From an uncultured Nitrospiraceae bacterium (lineage in GTDB: Bacteria; Nitrospirota; Thermodesulfovibrionia; Thermodesulfovibrionales; Dissulfurispiraceae): a stretch of 64,000 bases of DNA. The stretch covers positions 256,001 to 320,000 of the forward strand of contig CAVSHF010000003.1 of NCBI GenBank assembly GCA_963727805.1, given 5' to 3'. The notes beneath the pieces are model-generated. The model saw only the letters and a program-made list of their open reading frames with translations, was not told where the DNA came from and made no database searches. Positions 38,534-48,467 of the stretch are shown here, piece by piece; positions within the stretch are counted from its first letter, which is position 1, and each line of letters starts with the position of its first letter. The position numbers and the translations under genes are program-made.

Positions 38534-38842
38534 CTATCCTGGGGAAGTTTTTATAAACTCGATACCTATTGAGCTATCTTCATCGTTTCGCCAGACGATT
38601 TTTCCGGAAACTGCGGGATCAACCAGATGAATTATTGATCCGACTCCCAGTTTGATTTCGCACGATAATTTCATTCCTGATTCTGATGCATCAATTATTA
38701 CAGCACCGAATTTGCGTTTGCAAAAGACAAACTCCGTTGTTTCACAAGCATGAATGCGAGCCTCCTTGCGCCTGCTCAGGAATGTAACTATAGTTGTCTT
38801 TGTTTTCCGAGTATGATAAGAGCTAAAGGAATTTTTAAACAT
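38534..38842 (-). CDS. Stand-alone PilZ-like protein
   Basis: RKEAR and DASESG; GKIVW...IGIEF; GGAGG RBS. Confidence 0.8.
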   Translation of the reverse strand: MFKNSFSSYHTRKTKTTIVTFLSRRKEARIHACETTEFVFCKRKFGAVIIDASESGMKLSCEIKLGVGSIIHLVDPAVSGKIVWRNDEDSSIGIEFIKTSPG

Positions 38843-39037
38843 AACGCCTCCCCGTTTTTTATAAACTTTTCTTCCTTAAATGCAGAGAGTGATTACTGAG
38901 CCATAAATGCGAGCAACAGAAGAGATAAATAATTCATAGTGGTCGCAAATCTATGACGTCTCCATACTTAAATTATAGTTGAACTTGATCTCATAATCAT
39001 GGCTTCCACAGCCTAAAAATGAGCAATCTATAGATAT

Positions 39038-39053
39038 GGTGATAATGATCACA
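39038..39053 (-). promoter_or_regulatory. CRP/FNR-family-like site
   Basis: Minus strand TGTGA-tcatta-TCACC; TATAAT -10 at 38972-38977. Confidence 0.65.
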
Positions 39054-39357
39054 AATAACCGGGAATGCTATTTTCGCTATTAAATGTGACATATTTGCTG
39101 TTCTGGCGCGACTGTAACGCATGTTACAATTATCACTTCAGCCTTGATTTAAGAGCAACGACAAGACCAACGGTAGGATTGACAATCATTGCATTTCTGT
39201 TATTCTTTAACAGGTATTCTAACAGGTCATTAGACATTCTCATTCCTCATTTATGGTTTGTAGCAACCCGTTCGCTTTGTAGCGGAAAGAAAGGAGCCTC
39301 ATTCGGTAGGGAATATAACCGGCAACTCCTGCTGCAACAAATTAGAGGAGACAGACC

Positions 39358-41901
39358 ATGAGCAAACAAAAAAGGGTGAGTAGTCCGATCTACGCTTTAT
39401 TCCCCACTGAGCTCGAGGGATTCGAATCCTTGGCTGAGTTGGCGCTGGACATGCACTGGTATTGGAATCATTCTGCTGATGCTGTATGGAAACAGCTTGA
39501 TCCCGCACTATGGGAACTCACTTATAACCCATGGGTTGTCCTGCAAACGGTTTCGCGCGAGCATCTCCGCCGAGTGTTGAGTGATCCCGCTTTCCGCAAA
39601 AAGGTGGCTGATCTGTTGCGGGTGAGCCATAAAGCAGCAGCGACGCCTGCATGGTTTCAGCAAGATCATTCTGGGGCACTACTGACCTCTGTCGCATATT
39701 TCAGTATGGAGTTCATGTTGAGTGAAGCCCTCCCCATTTATTCAGGCGGGCTTGGCAATGTAGCCGGAGACCAACTCAAAACCGCAAGCGATCTGGGTGT
39801 TCCAGTTGTCGGCGTGGGGTTGCTCTACCAACAAGGTTATTTTCACCAAGTGATAGACAATGATGGAGCACAGCAAGCCCTCTTTCCATACAACGATCCC
39901 GGTCAATTACCGATAACGCCGGTACGCAAACCAAACGGAGAGTGGCTGAGGCTGGAGCTTGCGTTGCCCGGTTACTCTGTCTGGTTACGGGCCTGGCAGG
40001 TCCAGGTCGGCCGGGTGAAGCTGTACCTGCTGGATAGCAATGACCCGGCGAACTTCCCGGCTCGCCGGGGGATTACTAGTGAACTATACGGAGGCGGGCC
40101 GGAGTTGCGTCTCAATCAAGAACTCGTGCTCGGGATTGGGGGTTGGCGCCTGCTCAAGGCGCTCGGCATTAAGCCCGAAGTTTGCCATCTGAACGAAGGG
40201 CACGCCGCGTTTGCCGTATTGGAACGTGTCCAGACCTTTATGGAGGAGACAGGACAGCCCTTCGAAGTTGCGCTAACTGCCACGCGAGCAGGCAACGTCT
40301 TTACGACTCACACGGCGGTGGCTGCAGGTTTTGATCGATTCGCTCCATCGCTCATCGAACAGTACCTCGGTTCGTATGCCCATAACAACCTCGGTATCTC
40401 ACTCAACGATTTGCTTGCCATGGGCCGCCAGAACCCGAGAGACCCTTATGAACCTTTCAACATGGCATACCTGGCAGTACGAGGGAGCGGGGCGGTCAAT
40501 GGGGTAAGCCGCCTGCACGGGGAGGTGAGCAGGCATCTCTTTGAGCCTCTTTATCCTAACTGGCCACAAATCGAAGTGCCGGTCGGATACGTTACGAACG
40601 GGGTCCACATGTCGAGTTGGGATTCGGAAGAAGCTGACGCTTTATGGACGGGAACATGCGGAAAGAGTCGCTGGCATGGAACGCTGGAAACCCTGGAAGA
40701 GGACATGCGCATGCTTCCAGACTCTAGGCTTTGGGAGTGTCGCACTTCTGCTCGGGAGTCTCTGATTGACTATGTGCGCGAGCGGCTTTCCAGACAACTG
40801 GAAGCGGCAGGCGCCTCAACCGAGGAGGTTGAGGGTGCAAAGCATATTTTTGACGGCAATACATTGACGCTTGGCTTTGCACGCCGCTTTGCTTCATACA
40901 AGAGGCCAAACCTGCTGCTGCATGATCCAGAGCGGCTTCTTCACATCCTCACTAATCCTCAGCGTCCCGTGCAACTCATTATCGCCGGAAAGGCCCATCC
41001 GTCAGACCAGACGGGGCAGGCCCTGATTCAGGGATGGACACACTTCATCCGGCAGACCGAGGCAGCCAACCATGTGATCTTTCTGAGCGATTACGACATG
41101 CTTCTGACAGGACAACTGGTGCAGGGGGTGGATGTCTGGATCAATACACCGCGACGGCCTTGGGAGGCCTGCGGGACGAGCGGCATGAAAGTGCTCGTCA
41201 ATGGAGGTATCAATCTTTCGGAGTTGGACGGCTGGTGGGCGGAAGCCTACACACCTGAAGTAGGGTGGGCGTTAGGCGATGGTAAGGAACACGGTGATGA
41301 TCCGGCCTGGGATACTGTTGAAGCCGACGCGCTCTACGCATTGCTCGAAAGAGAGGTGATTCCTGAGTTTTATAACCGCGACCAAAAAGGCATTCCTGTG
41401 GCCTGGGTCGCGCGAATCCGTGAGAGCATGGCGCGACTGACACCACGCTTTTCAGCCAACCGCGCTGTGCGGGAATACACCGAGAAGTACTATATTCCTG
41501 CTGCTACTGCATACAGCGAGCGCGCTGCTGATAAGGGGGCAATAAGCGCGAGGATGGTGAGTTGGCTGCAGGCTGTGGAACAGGACTGGTCAAATCTACA
41601 TTTCGGCCTTATGAACGTAGCGAGTGACAGGGGGAAACATGTATTTGAGGTTCAGGTTTATTTAGGCGACCTTGACCCAAGTAGTGTACGCGTAGAACTT
41701 TATGCTGAAGGAGTGAACGGCGACGACCCGGTGCGACAAGAGATGGCACGCGACGGACAATTGGTGGGCGCGAGCGGCTTCATCTATAGCGTAGAGTTAC
41801 CTGCGACTCGTCCGGCCACGGACTATACCGCGCGAGTGATACCGTACCATCTCGGTGCGAAGGTTCCGCTCGAGGCGGCTCGAATCCTGTGGCAGCGGTG
41901 A
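39358..41901 (+). CDS. glgP: Alpha-glucan (glycogen/starch) phosphorylase
   Basis: YSGGLG, HLNEGH, ARRFASYKR, EACGTSGMK, DGWWAE. Confidence 0.97.
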   Translation: MSKQKRVSSPIYALFPTELEGFESLAELALDMHWYWNHSADAVWKQLDPALWELTYNPWVVLQTVSREHLRRVLSDPAFRKKVADLLRVSHKAAATPAWFQQDHSGALLTSVAYFSMEFMLSEALPIYSGGLGNVAGDQLKTASDLGVPVVGVGLLYQQGYFHQVIDNDGAQQALFPYNDPGQLPITPVRKPNGEWLRLELALPGYSVWLRAWQVQVGRVKLYLLDSNDPANFPARRGITSELYGGGPELRLNQELVLGIGGWRLLKALGIKPEVCHLNEGHAAFAVLERVQTFMEETGQPFEVALTATRAGNVFTTHTAVAAGFDRFAPSLIEQYLGSYAHNNLGISLNDLLAMGRQNPRDPYEPFNMAYLAVRGSGAVNGVSRLHGEVSRHLFEPLYPNWPQIEVPVGYVTNGVHMSSWDSEEADALWTGTCGKSRWHGTLETLEEDMRMLPDSRLWECRTSARESLIDYVRERLSRQLEAAGASTEEVEGAKHIFDGNTLTLGFARRFASYKRPNLLLHDPERLLHILTNPQRPVQLIIAGKAHPSDQTGQALIQGWTHFIRQTEAANHVIFLSDYDMLLTGQLVQGVDVWINTPRRPWEACGTSGMKVLVNGGINLSELDGWWAEAYTPEVGWALGDGKEHGDDPAWDTVEADALYALLEREVIPEFYNRDQKGIPVAWVARIRESMARLTPRFSANRAVREYTEKYYIPAATAYSERAADKGAISARMVSWLQAVEQDWSNLHFGLMNVASDRGKHVFEVQVYLGDLDPSSVRVELYAEGVNGDDPVRQEMARDGQLVGASGFIYSVELPATRPATDYTARVIPYHLGAKVPLEAARILWQR

Positions 41902-41986
41902 TTCGATTGCAAACGAATCCAAGCCAAAGGTACATTTCACACTGAACGGCTAAAAGTTGATGCTTATGGTCCCATCTCATGCATGC

Positions 41987-42160
41987 ATCCAGACAATCAA
42001 CGGCGACTCGTCGAGCATCAAGTTCGCCTTGTTCCAGGTAGAAACCTCGTTGCAGTTGGTTCTTGAGGGCAGGATTGAGCAGACTGGGATGCTGGCGCCC
42101 AACTTTGTGGGAAAGGCTTGAACAAGGCCGATAACCTCTCGCGGCCGGTGGCTGCGCCGG
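41987..42160 (+). pseudogene. ackA: Acetate kinase N-terminal relic
   Basis: Reads IQTINGDSSSIKFALF...LEGRIEQTG (cf. IL.INxGSSSxKF); truncated; end approximate. Confidence 0.7.
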
Positions 42161-42310
42161 ACCGCAAGCGGTTTTCTGCGGAAATACTCAATTGAAAAGA
42201 ACGCTCGAAGGATGGGTTAGAAAGAAAGGCGATATTGAGTAGTCTTATAGGTTGTTAAAATAATTATTATTTGACCTTTGGATGCACCTTTAACTGATCA
42301 TAGCCCTTTT

Positions 42311-43204
42311 TCACTTAGCGTCTATTTGCATTTTCTTAGTGATCTTTTCTTTATACATAACTTTGTCTGCCACTGATAGTAATTCATTTACATCGCAGTT
42401 AGGTACAGAATCACAGGTAACTAGTCCTATGCTTACAGATAATGTGTAAGGTCGCCCCATCTGTCCATTGAAGTTCTTTGTGTTTTCTCGAACACGCTTA
42501 ATCATTTGACGAGAATCCGGACCATCTTCATCAAACGTTATGATTGCGAATTCATCGCCCCCTATGCGAGCAACTATATCTGACTGACGAAACGTTTGTC
42601 TGAGGATACTTGACATGTCCATTAATGATTTATCACCTTCTTTGTGACCAAGATTATCGTTAATCCATTTCATATTATCTATATCAAGGTAGATCATCCA
42701 TAATACTTTCTTGAATCGCGCGGCCATCTCTAACTGTTTTTTTGCGAGCACCAAAAAACCACGCCTATTATAAAGACCTGTCAGTTCGTCAGTAATGGAT
42801 ATTGATTTGAGTTCTTGAATCAGACGCTGTCGTTCAATAGAATAGCGTATTGAGCGTACAAGACGATCTTTGTCAATCTGTCCCTTTATCAAATAGTCCT
42901 GAGCCCCAGATTTAACAGCCACGAGCGCAAGTTCTTCATCGTCGAAACCAGACAGTACGATAATCGGCATCTCCGGATTTTGCTCAATTAGTTTGAATAG
43001 TGTGGCGAGTCCATGACTGTCTGGCAGGTTAAGATCAGTAAGGATTACATCTATACTCTTATCGTCAAGATGTTTGATTGCCGCTAAAAGGCGATCAACG
43101 CATGTGATATCTATCTTAGTATATGGCACATCAGCCAAAATATCTCTAATAAACATTGTATCTGCGGGATCGTCTTCAATTAATAATAGTGTAATATTTT
43201 CCAC
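42311..43204 (-). CDS. REC-GGDEF diguanylate cyclase
   Basis: Receiver; DELTGLYNRR; RQSD I-site; GGDEF. Confidence 0.95.
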   Translation of the reverse strand: MENITLLLIEDDPADTMFIRDILADVPYTKIDITCVDRLLAAIKHLDDKSIDVILTDLNLPDSHGLATLFKLIEQNPEMPIIVLSGFDDEELALVAVKSGAQDYLIKGQIDKDRLVRSIRYSIERQRLIQELKSISITDELTGLYNRRGFLVLAKKQLEMAARFKKVLWMIYLDIDNMKWINDNLGHKEGDKSLMDMSSILRQTFRQSDIVARIGGDEFAIITFDEDGPDSRQMIKRVRENTKNFNGQMGRPYTLSVSIGLVTCDSVPNCDVNELLSVADKVMYKEKITKKMQIDAK

Positions 43205-43527
43205 ATCTTTCTCGGTATGTATAATCTGTCTCTACCATTCTATCATTACTTTCTTGATCATCAAAATCTGATGTTTCTAAACTTAGGCTTTTTTGTGTGC
43301 CGATTAGTCCTCTGCAAGCATGTGAGCCGACGATAAATTTAAATTCCTTGCTAATAGGTGATCATCATTGTTCTCTTTTTTATCGAATTGAAGAATCTGA
43401 TGGTCCATAACTTTGTGCGTCTATTTAGTCAGCTTGTAAACTTATACTATCAATTAGTGTTATCACAGAGGTGGCCCCCATTGGTTGGACAGCTTTGGGG
43501 CTGATTTAAGGTGGAAGCCACCGGTCA

Positions 43528-44394
43528 TCATGCCGCCAGTTTTCCCGGGCAACCTGCCTTTGGCAGATTCCAGTATGCTTCATGAGGCGTCCTGTCGTCC
43601 AGAGAAGAATGAGGACGCTCCTCGTTATACTGCTTGATCCACTCGCCGATGCCATTTCTTGCTTCATTGCCGGTCTCAAATGCGTATCTATAAACGCAAT
43701 CATACTTCAGTGATCGCCATAGCCGTTCAACCATCACGTTATCCACCCAGCGGCCTTTTCCGTCCATTGATATCTTTACACCGGAATCCAGGAGCGTCTG
43801 TGTGAACTCAATACTGGTGAACTGGCTGCCTTGATCGGTATTGAAGATCCCTGGTTTGCCGTATCTGGCCAAGGCCTCTTTGAGGGCTGTCACACAGAAA
43901 GCAGCTTCCATAGTGTTGCTGAGCCGCCAGCTTAAAACCTTTCGGCTCGCCCAGTCCATAATCGCCACCAAATATAGAAATCCCCGTCGCATCGGGATGA
44001 AGCTGATATCGGCGCACCACACCTGGTTTGGCTCCGTAATGTTCAAGCCTCTAAGCAGATAGGGATAGACCTTGTGCTCAGGATGCGGTTTGCTCGTGTT
44101 GGGTTTCTGGTACATCGCCATTAGCCCCATCTTCTGCATCAATCGACTTACCCGCTTCCTGTTTACCCAATATCCCTGCCGCCGTAAATAGCGCGCCATC
44201 TGACGGGCTCCATATTCCGGGGTCTTCAGAAATTGCTCGTCAATTAGGCGCATCAACTCCAGATTCTGTGCCGATTCTCCCATTGCTTCGTAATACCACG
44301 ACGAGCGGCTGATTTGAAGTAGGTTGCACTGTCTCGTAATGCTGAGCCTCGGGTGTTCCGGTTCAATTATCTCTTTCCTTCGATCGCGGCTCAT
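43528..44394 (-). CDS. IS3 transposase OrfB (DDE)
   Basis: WCADISFI, NTDQGSQF, DNVMVERLWRSLKYD, YNEERPHSSL. Confidence 0.95.
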   Translation of the reverse strand: MSRDRRKEIIEPEHPRLSITRQCNLLQISRSSWYYEAMGESAQNLELMRLIDEQFLKTPEYGARQMARYLRRQGYWVNRKRVSRLMQKMGLMAMYQKPNTSKPHPEHKVYPYLLRGLNITEPNQVWCADISFIPMRRGFLYLVAIMDWASRKVLSWRLSNTMEAAFCVTALKEALARYGKPGIFNTDQGSQFTSIEFTQTLLDSGVKISMDGKGRWVDNVMVERLWRSLKYDCVYRYAFETGNEARNGIGEWIKQYNEERPHSSLDDRTPHEAYWNLPKAGCPGKLAA

Positions 44395-44678
44395 CGATTG
44401 AAGGCTTTCGCTAAAAAATCCCGCTCCACTGTCAACTGCCCAATCTTGGCATGCAGTTCCGTGATTTGAGCCTCGTGAGCGTTTTCGTTACGACCGTGCT
44501 TCCCTGTAAATACATCTGCAAGCCCTTCAATAGCCTGCTTCTTCCACTCGCTAACCTGATTGGGGTGAATATTGTACCGTGATGCGATCTCTACAATCGT
44601 CGATCCCTCCCTCATTGCTTCACGCGCTACCTTTGCTTTGAACTCCCCTGAATATCGGTTCCTCTTTGTTTTGCTCAT
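44391..44678 (-). CDS. IS3 transposase OrfA (HTH)
   Basis: YSGEFKAKVA...IHPNQVSEWKK...LHAKIGQLTVERDFL; ATGA overlap with orfB. Confidence 0.93.
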   Translation of the reverse strand: MSKTKRNRYSGEFKAKVAREAMREGSTIVEIASRYNIHPNQVSEWKKQAIEGLADVFTGKHGRNENAHEAQITELHAKIGQLTVERDFLAKAFNR

Positions 44679-44774
44679 CTCAGTGCGACCTCCAGTCAAT
44701 CGTATATTTTACACCTTATACGACTGTCCGATTTCTGGGGTCCACCTCTCACTATATCAACGCAAGCAGGGAAT

Positions 44775-44837
44775 TAAGTGTAAAAACCTATAGGCTTGTA
44801 GGGGAATGCCCTACATGAAAATCAGTTAAAATCTGAT
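44775..44837 (+). promoter_or_regulatory. Three tandem 17-bp palindromic operator-like sites, 23-bp period
   Basis: TAAGT-N7-CCTAT (44775), GTAGG-N7-CCTAC (44798), ATCAG-N7-CTGAT (44821); TATAAT at 44860. Confidence 0.6.
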
Positions 44838-44871
44838 ATAACCTGTATCTCTAAGTTCTTATAATATAATT

Positions 44872-44936
44872 AATCCTAACCCTCCCTTGCAGTGCAGGCT
44901 GCGGTTCTCATCATAATCGCAGCCTGTTTGTTTTTT
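44872..44936 (+). ncRNA. Candidate small RNA (~65 nt)
   Basis: -10 box, CCCTCCC tract, 13-bp stem (44894-44927) and U-run; no ORF. Confidence 0.4.
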
Positions 44937-45623
44937 GGCGGTAATCTGTTATACATCTATAGCTATCGGAAGTAGCGAGACATAACTTACCTTCTGTTAA
45001 TTCATGTCTTTGGGATCGAATATAGCGTTAGGGTAGCAACCCTGTTTCCACCGCAGCAAGCAGTAATGGCATGCATTGGGGATGCAGAATCTATCTTGAT
45101 ATTTGCTACTGGTGAGTGAAAAGGTGTGCGGAATAAGCGTTTTTAAAAATAACCTCGGGGAACGAATCGTTGGTATTCAAGCAGTTAACAAGATGACTAA
45201 TCGTCAGATTGCGGCAAGAAGTCCGAAGGTGCTTTGACAAATCACAGACCGTCGCAGATATCCTGATCACTTCACTTCTAAAAAGGCAAATATTTTCAGC
45301 CCTTCTGTTGTCAGCCCTTCTTGGCCATTTCCTGAAAACAGGATACCATTATATAAAAACCGACTGATTACGATGCTGGGACTTCAGTTGCCGGAAAGGA
45401 GCTTACTAGGATTTGGACGATCTTCATGATACTACTGATACTGTGGCTATCGGGGCTAGTGAGAAGTTACACGATGGGCGGATTCATCCATAATTTGCTT
45501 TTCCCGCGGTCATTGTGCTGGTAGCAGGCCGCTTCCAAAGGCGATAACCTTCTCCCGGAGAAGGTTATGTTACATATTGCGTTGCAATCGGATGATTGCA
45601 CATCTAAAGACAGGAGGAAAGGG

Positions 45624-45962
45624 ATGAAGAAGGTTATTTTGTTGACAGTATTAATGGTTTTTGGGTTGGTCTTGTTATCGGGGTCTGCAGCAACCGCGGG
45701 CGAGACAGTGGGTGAATACATAGATGACTCAACGATGCATACGCAAGCTACTGCGATAGTAGTTAAAGACCCGGATGCTCACTATTTCAAGATCGGGGTG
45801 ACGGTTACACAGGGAGAAGTTGTGCTTACTGGCTTCGTGAACAGTAGAGAAACCGAGGAACGGCTCATCACAAAAATCAGGGAAATTAGGGGCATTAAAT
45901 CCATTAAGAGCCTTTTGAAGGTGGAACAGCCGAAGGACCCGCCAAAGGAACAAGCAAAGTAA
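45624..45962 (+). CDS. BON/OsmY-domain exported protein
   Basis: Signal peptide; GEYIDDS...VTVTQGEVVLTGFVNS...IRGIKSI; AGGAGG RBS. Confidence 0.88.
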   Translation: MKKVILLTVLMVFGLVLLSGSAATAGETVGEYIDDSTMHTQATAIVVKDPDAHYFKIGVTVTQGEVVLTGFVNSRETEERLITKIREIRGIKSIKSLLKVEQPKDPPKEQAK

Positions 45963-46002
45963 AAGGATTGAGGGCTCGGATTACTAAATATGAGGAATAC
46001 CA

Positions 46003-46183
46003 TAAAACACAGCATGAAGACCAAGGCGGAAGTGCAAGCTTCGTGAAGAGAAAGGATAATCTCAACGAGATCGCCAGGAAACTTGGCAACTATCCCAAGT
46101 TGGAAGCCAAAGGCAAAGTCGAGAAAATAGCCAGCAAAGTTCAAGGAAAGATCGGACGAGCCGAGATGGGCATAGAGAAGTAA
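46003..46183 (+). pseudogene. CsbD-family stress protein, degraded
   Basis: C-half PKLEAKGKVEKIASKVQGKIG; start reads ATA after GAGGA; frameshift and stop in N-half. Confidence 0.65.
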
Positions 46184-46430
46184 GAGGGTAGTATAGCAGA
46201 GTGAAAAAAGCATGCTCTGGAGATCAAGACTGCCTATTACGACGCGACATCGAGGTTCAAAGGAGAGGAGCCGTTAGGTGCGTCCATCAAGCGGTCGATG
46301 TCCTTAATTATTATTCATGTATTCGCAAATTGAGAGGCCTTCGGGCCGAGTCACTGGCAAACCCGGAAATTGACACCGCAAAGGCGGAAGAAGGGGTTTC
46401 CAGATGAGAATCAAATAAGGAGATGACAAA

Positions 46431-47399
46431 ATGAAAAAGTTAGCTTTAGGGATAATACTTTTGGCGTTGGCAATTGTCGTTCCTATTCCAACAATGGCAG
46501 GGGTAGATATAAGTATTGGATTCCCTCTGCCACCACCCATCGTATTTCAGGCACCTCCGGATGTGATAGTCATGCCCGATACGAGCGGTGTTTATGTCGT
46601 TCCTTCAATAGATACAGACATGTTTTTCTGGAATGGCTGGTGGTGGCGTCCATGGGAGGGTCGTTGGTATCGCTCATATTATTATAACCGGGGTTGGGGT
46701 TATTATAACGCTGTTCCAAGTTTTTATTTTGATGTTGACCCAGGTTGGAGAGGCTACTATAGAGACCATAATTGGTACGGTCACCGTTGGAACTATGAAC
46801 GGATTCCTAACCGAGAACTTCAACAGAACTGGAAGAGTTGGGATAGCAATCGACACTGGGAAAAGCAAGGAACCTGGGGCGTCCAGGGCTATCAACCTAG
46901 ACCTCAACAACAGATACAGGACCTAAGACATCAAAGGCAAGAGCAATATCAAAAGAGACCTGAGGTTCAGCGACATCAGCAACAGATACAGGAGCAACAA
47001 AGACAAAAGCAGCAAAGACAACCACAGGTTCAGAAACCTCAGGGTCAGCAACAGCTACAGGAACAACAAAGACAAAAGCAGCAAAGACAACCACAGGTTC
47101 AGAAACCTCAGGGTCAGCAACAGCTACAAGAACAACAAAGACAAAAGCAGCAAAGACAACCACAGGTTCAGAAATCTCAGGGTCAGCAACAGCTACAGGA
47201 ACAACAAAGACAAAAGCAGCAAAAACAACCACAGGTTCAGAAACCTCAGGGTCAGCAACAGCTACAAGAACAACAAAGACAAAAGCAGCAAAAACAACCA
47301 CAGGTTCAAAAACCTCAGGGCCAGCAACGTCAGGAGGAATCACAACATCAGCAGTCTCAAGGAAAGCCTGAGGGTGGGGAGGCAGAACACAGACGGTAG
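46431..47399 (+). CDS. Exported Trp/Tyr-rich protein with Gln-rich repeat tail
   Basis: Signal peptide; PPPIVFQAPPDV..., FFWNGWWW...GRWYRS; AAGGAG RBS. Confidence 0.85.
   Translation: MKKLALGIILLALAIVVPIPTMAGVDISIGFPLPPPIVFQAPPDVIVMPDTSGVYVVPSIDTDMFFWNGWWWRPWEGRWYRSYYYNRGWGYYNAVPSFYFDVDPGWRGYYRDHNWYGHRWNYERIPNRELQQNWKSWDSNRHWEKQGTWGVQGYQPRPQQQIQDLRHQRQEQYQKRPEVQRHQQQIQEQQRQKQQRQPQVQKPQGQQQLQEQQRQKQQRQPQVQKPQGQQQLQEQQRQKQQRQPQVQKSQGQQQLQEQQRQKQQKQPQVQKPQGQQQLQEQQRQKQQKQPQVQKPQGQQRQEESQHQQSQGKPEGGEAEHRR
46989..47328 (+). repeat. 69-bp coding tandem repeat, about 5 copies
   Basis: Units start 46989, 47058, 47127, 47196, 47265; encode QEQQRQKQQ(R/K)QPQVQKPQGQQQL. Confidence 0.95.
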
Positions 47400-47429
47400 A
47401 GCCAAGAAGTTTAAAAACGTTGCGATCGA

Positions 47430-47722
47430 TAGTATCTGTCAGCGAGGAGGAGACGGTCAGGCCGTTCAAGAAAGTGAACAGGTTAGCAGCCGTGGGCTAT
47501 ATCAGCATGGACTTGAGGCGAAGTTGGGTAGCGTGGGCGCTCATATCCAAGCTTACGAGGCTCTTCACGCGCAACAGGCTTACTCTATACGACGGCCCAA
47601 TGTTGGTGCTTCGCTCATATACTGTTGCCGAGTTGGTCGCGGTGGCTGACAGGGCTGGCTTTGTGGACCGCAGGGTGGTAAAGGAGCCGTTTTAGTTCAT
47701 GGTATCAACAGGGAAGGCGTAG
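47430..47722 (+). pseudogene. SAM methyltransferase C-terminal fragment
   Basis: DLRRSWVAW...YDGPMLVLRSYTVAEL...RAG, like type III PKS-linked methyltransferases; no N-terminus. Confidence 0.55.
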
Positions 47723-47723
47723 A

Positions 47724-47822
47724 ATGAAAAAAATTAGTTTGTCGGTTGCGACCAACTTTGACGACAGGCTCCTTGACGCCATTTCCGGGTATCCTGTAGA
47801 GGAGGTCTTCGAGAAGCTTCCC
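47724..47822 (+). pseudogene. U32-family protein N-terminal fragment
   Basis: MKKISLSVATNFDDRLLDAISGYPVEEVFEKL, abutting the PKS relic. Confidence 0.5.
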
Positions 47823-48467
47823 GCTATCTTCTGGGAAGCGGCTGTGGCGGCGCGATCCCGAATATGCAGCTAGCCGATGTTCTCGTTAAGCAGGCAGATG
47901 GAGGAGCAATCGTCAGCGTCTCGGTCGAGATCTGCAGCGCCACTTTCCAGATCGCCGACGATATGAGCCTGATCATCTCCAATACGCTTTTCGGTGACGG
48001 AGAAGCTGCGGCCGTCCTGCGCCAACAAGAGGGTGGTCTTGAAGTAGTCGATACCACTAGATTATGTTCCGGAAGATCGTGAATACATCCGCTACATACA
48101 CAAAAATGGGTAGCTTCATAACCAACTTTCCGTACGCCTTCATAGCCACGTCAGAAAGGCAGCGGCGCAGGGGGTGAATAATCTTCTTACACGTCGCTCG
48201 TTAGGAATAGCCGACAGTCCCCACTGGGCGCTGCATACCGGCAGTGAGAAAATCATCAATTCGATAAGGGACGAAATCGGACTCCCGGAGGCGCAGTTAG
48301 CTGCTACCAGAAGCATACTTTCCGCTTACGGGAATATGTCATCCCCGACAGTATTCTTCGTACTGAACAAGCTTATTGAAGCCGGAATGAAAAAAGGTGA
48401 CCTTTGCATGATGGTCACGTTTGGTGCCGGATTGTCGACCCATGCTTGCTTGCTGAGAAAAGTCTGA
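47823..48467 (+). pseudogene. Type III polyketide synthase relic
   Basis: GSGCGG, LFGDG.AA, WALHTG, YGNMSSPTVFFVL, FGAGL; N-terminus missing, frameshift and stops. Confidence 0.85.

Larger units (their letters stand above)
43467..44749 (-). mobile_element. IS3-family insertion sequence, apparently intact
   Basis: Terminal IRs AGAGGTGG(C/A)CCCCA..GGACAG; CAC direct repeat at 43464-43466 and 44750-44752. Confidence 0.92.

Noticed and set aside
45030..45180. IS200/IS605-type end or MITE relics (also 37040-37125)
   Set aside because: Too degenerate to support by eye
46350..46400. c-di-GMP-I riboswitch (GGCAAAC...GAAA...GCAAAG)
   Set aside because: P1/P2 pairing and spacing do not fit
46989..47328. 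Possible CRISPR array
   Set aside because: Contiguous 69-bp in-frame units with no unique spacers; no cas genes in the window
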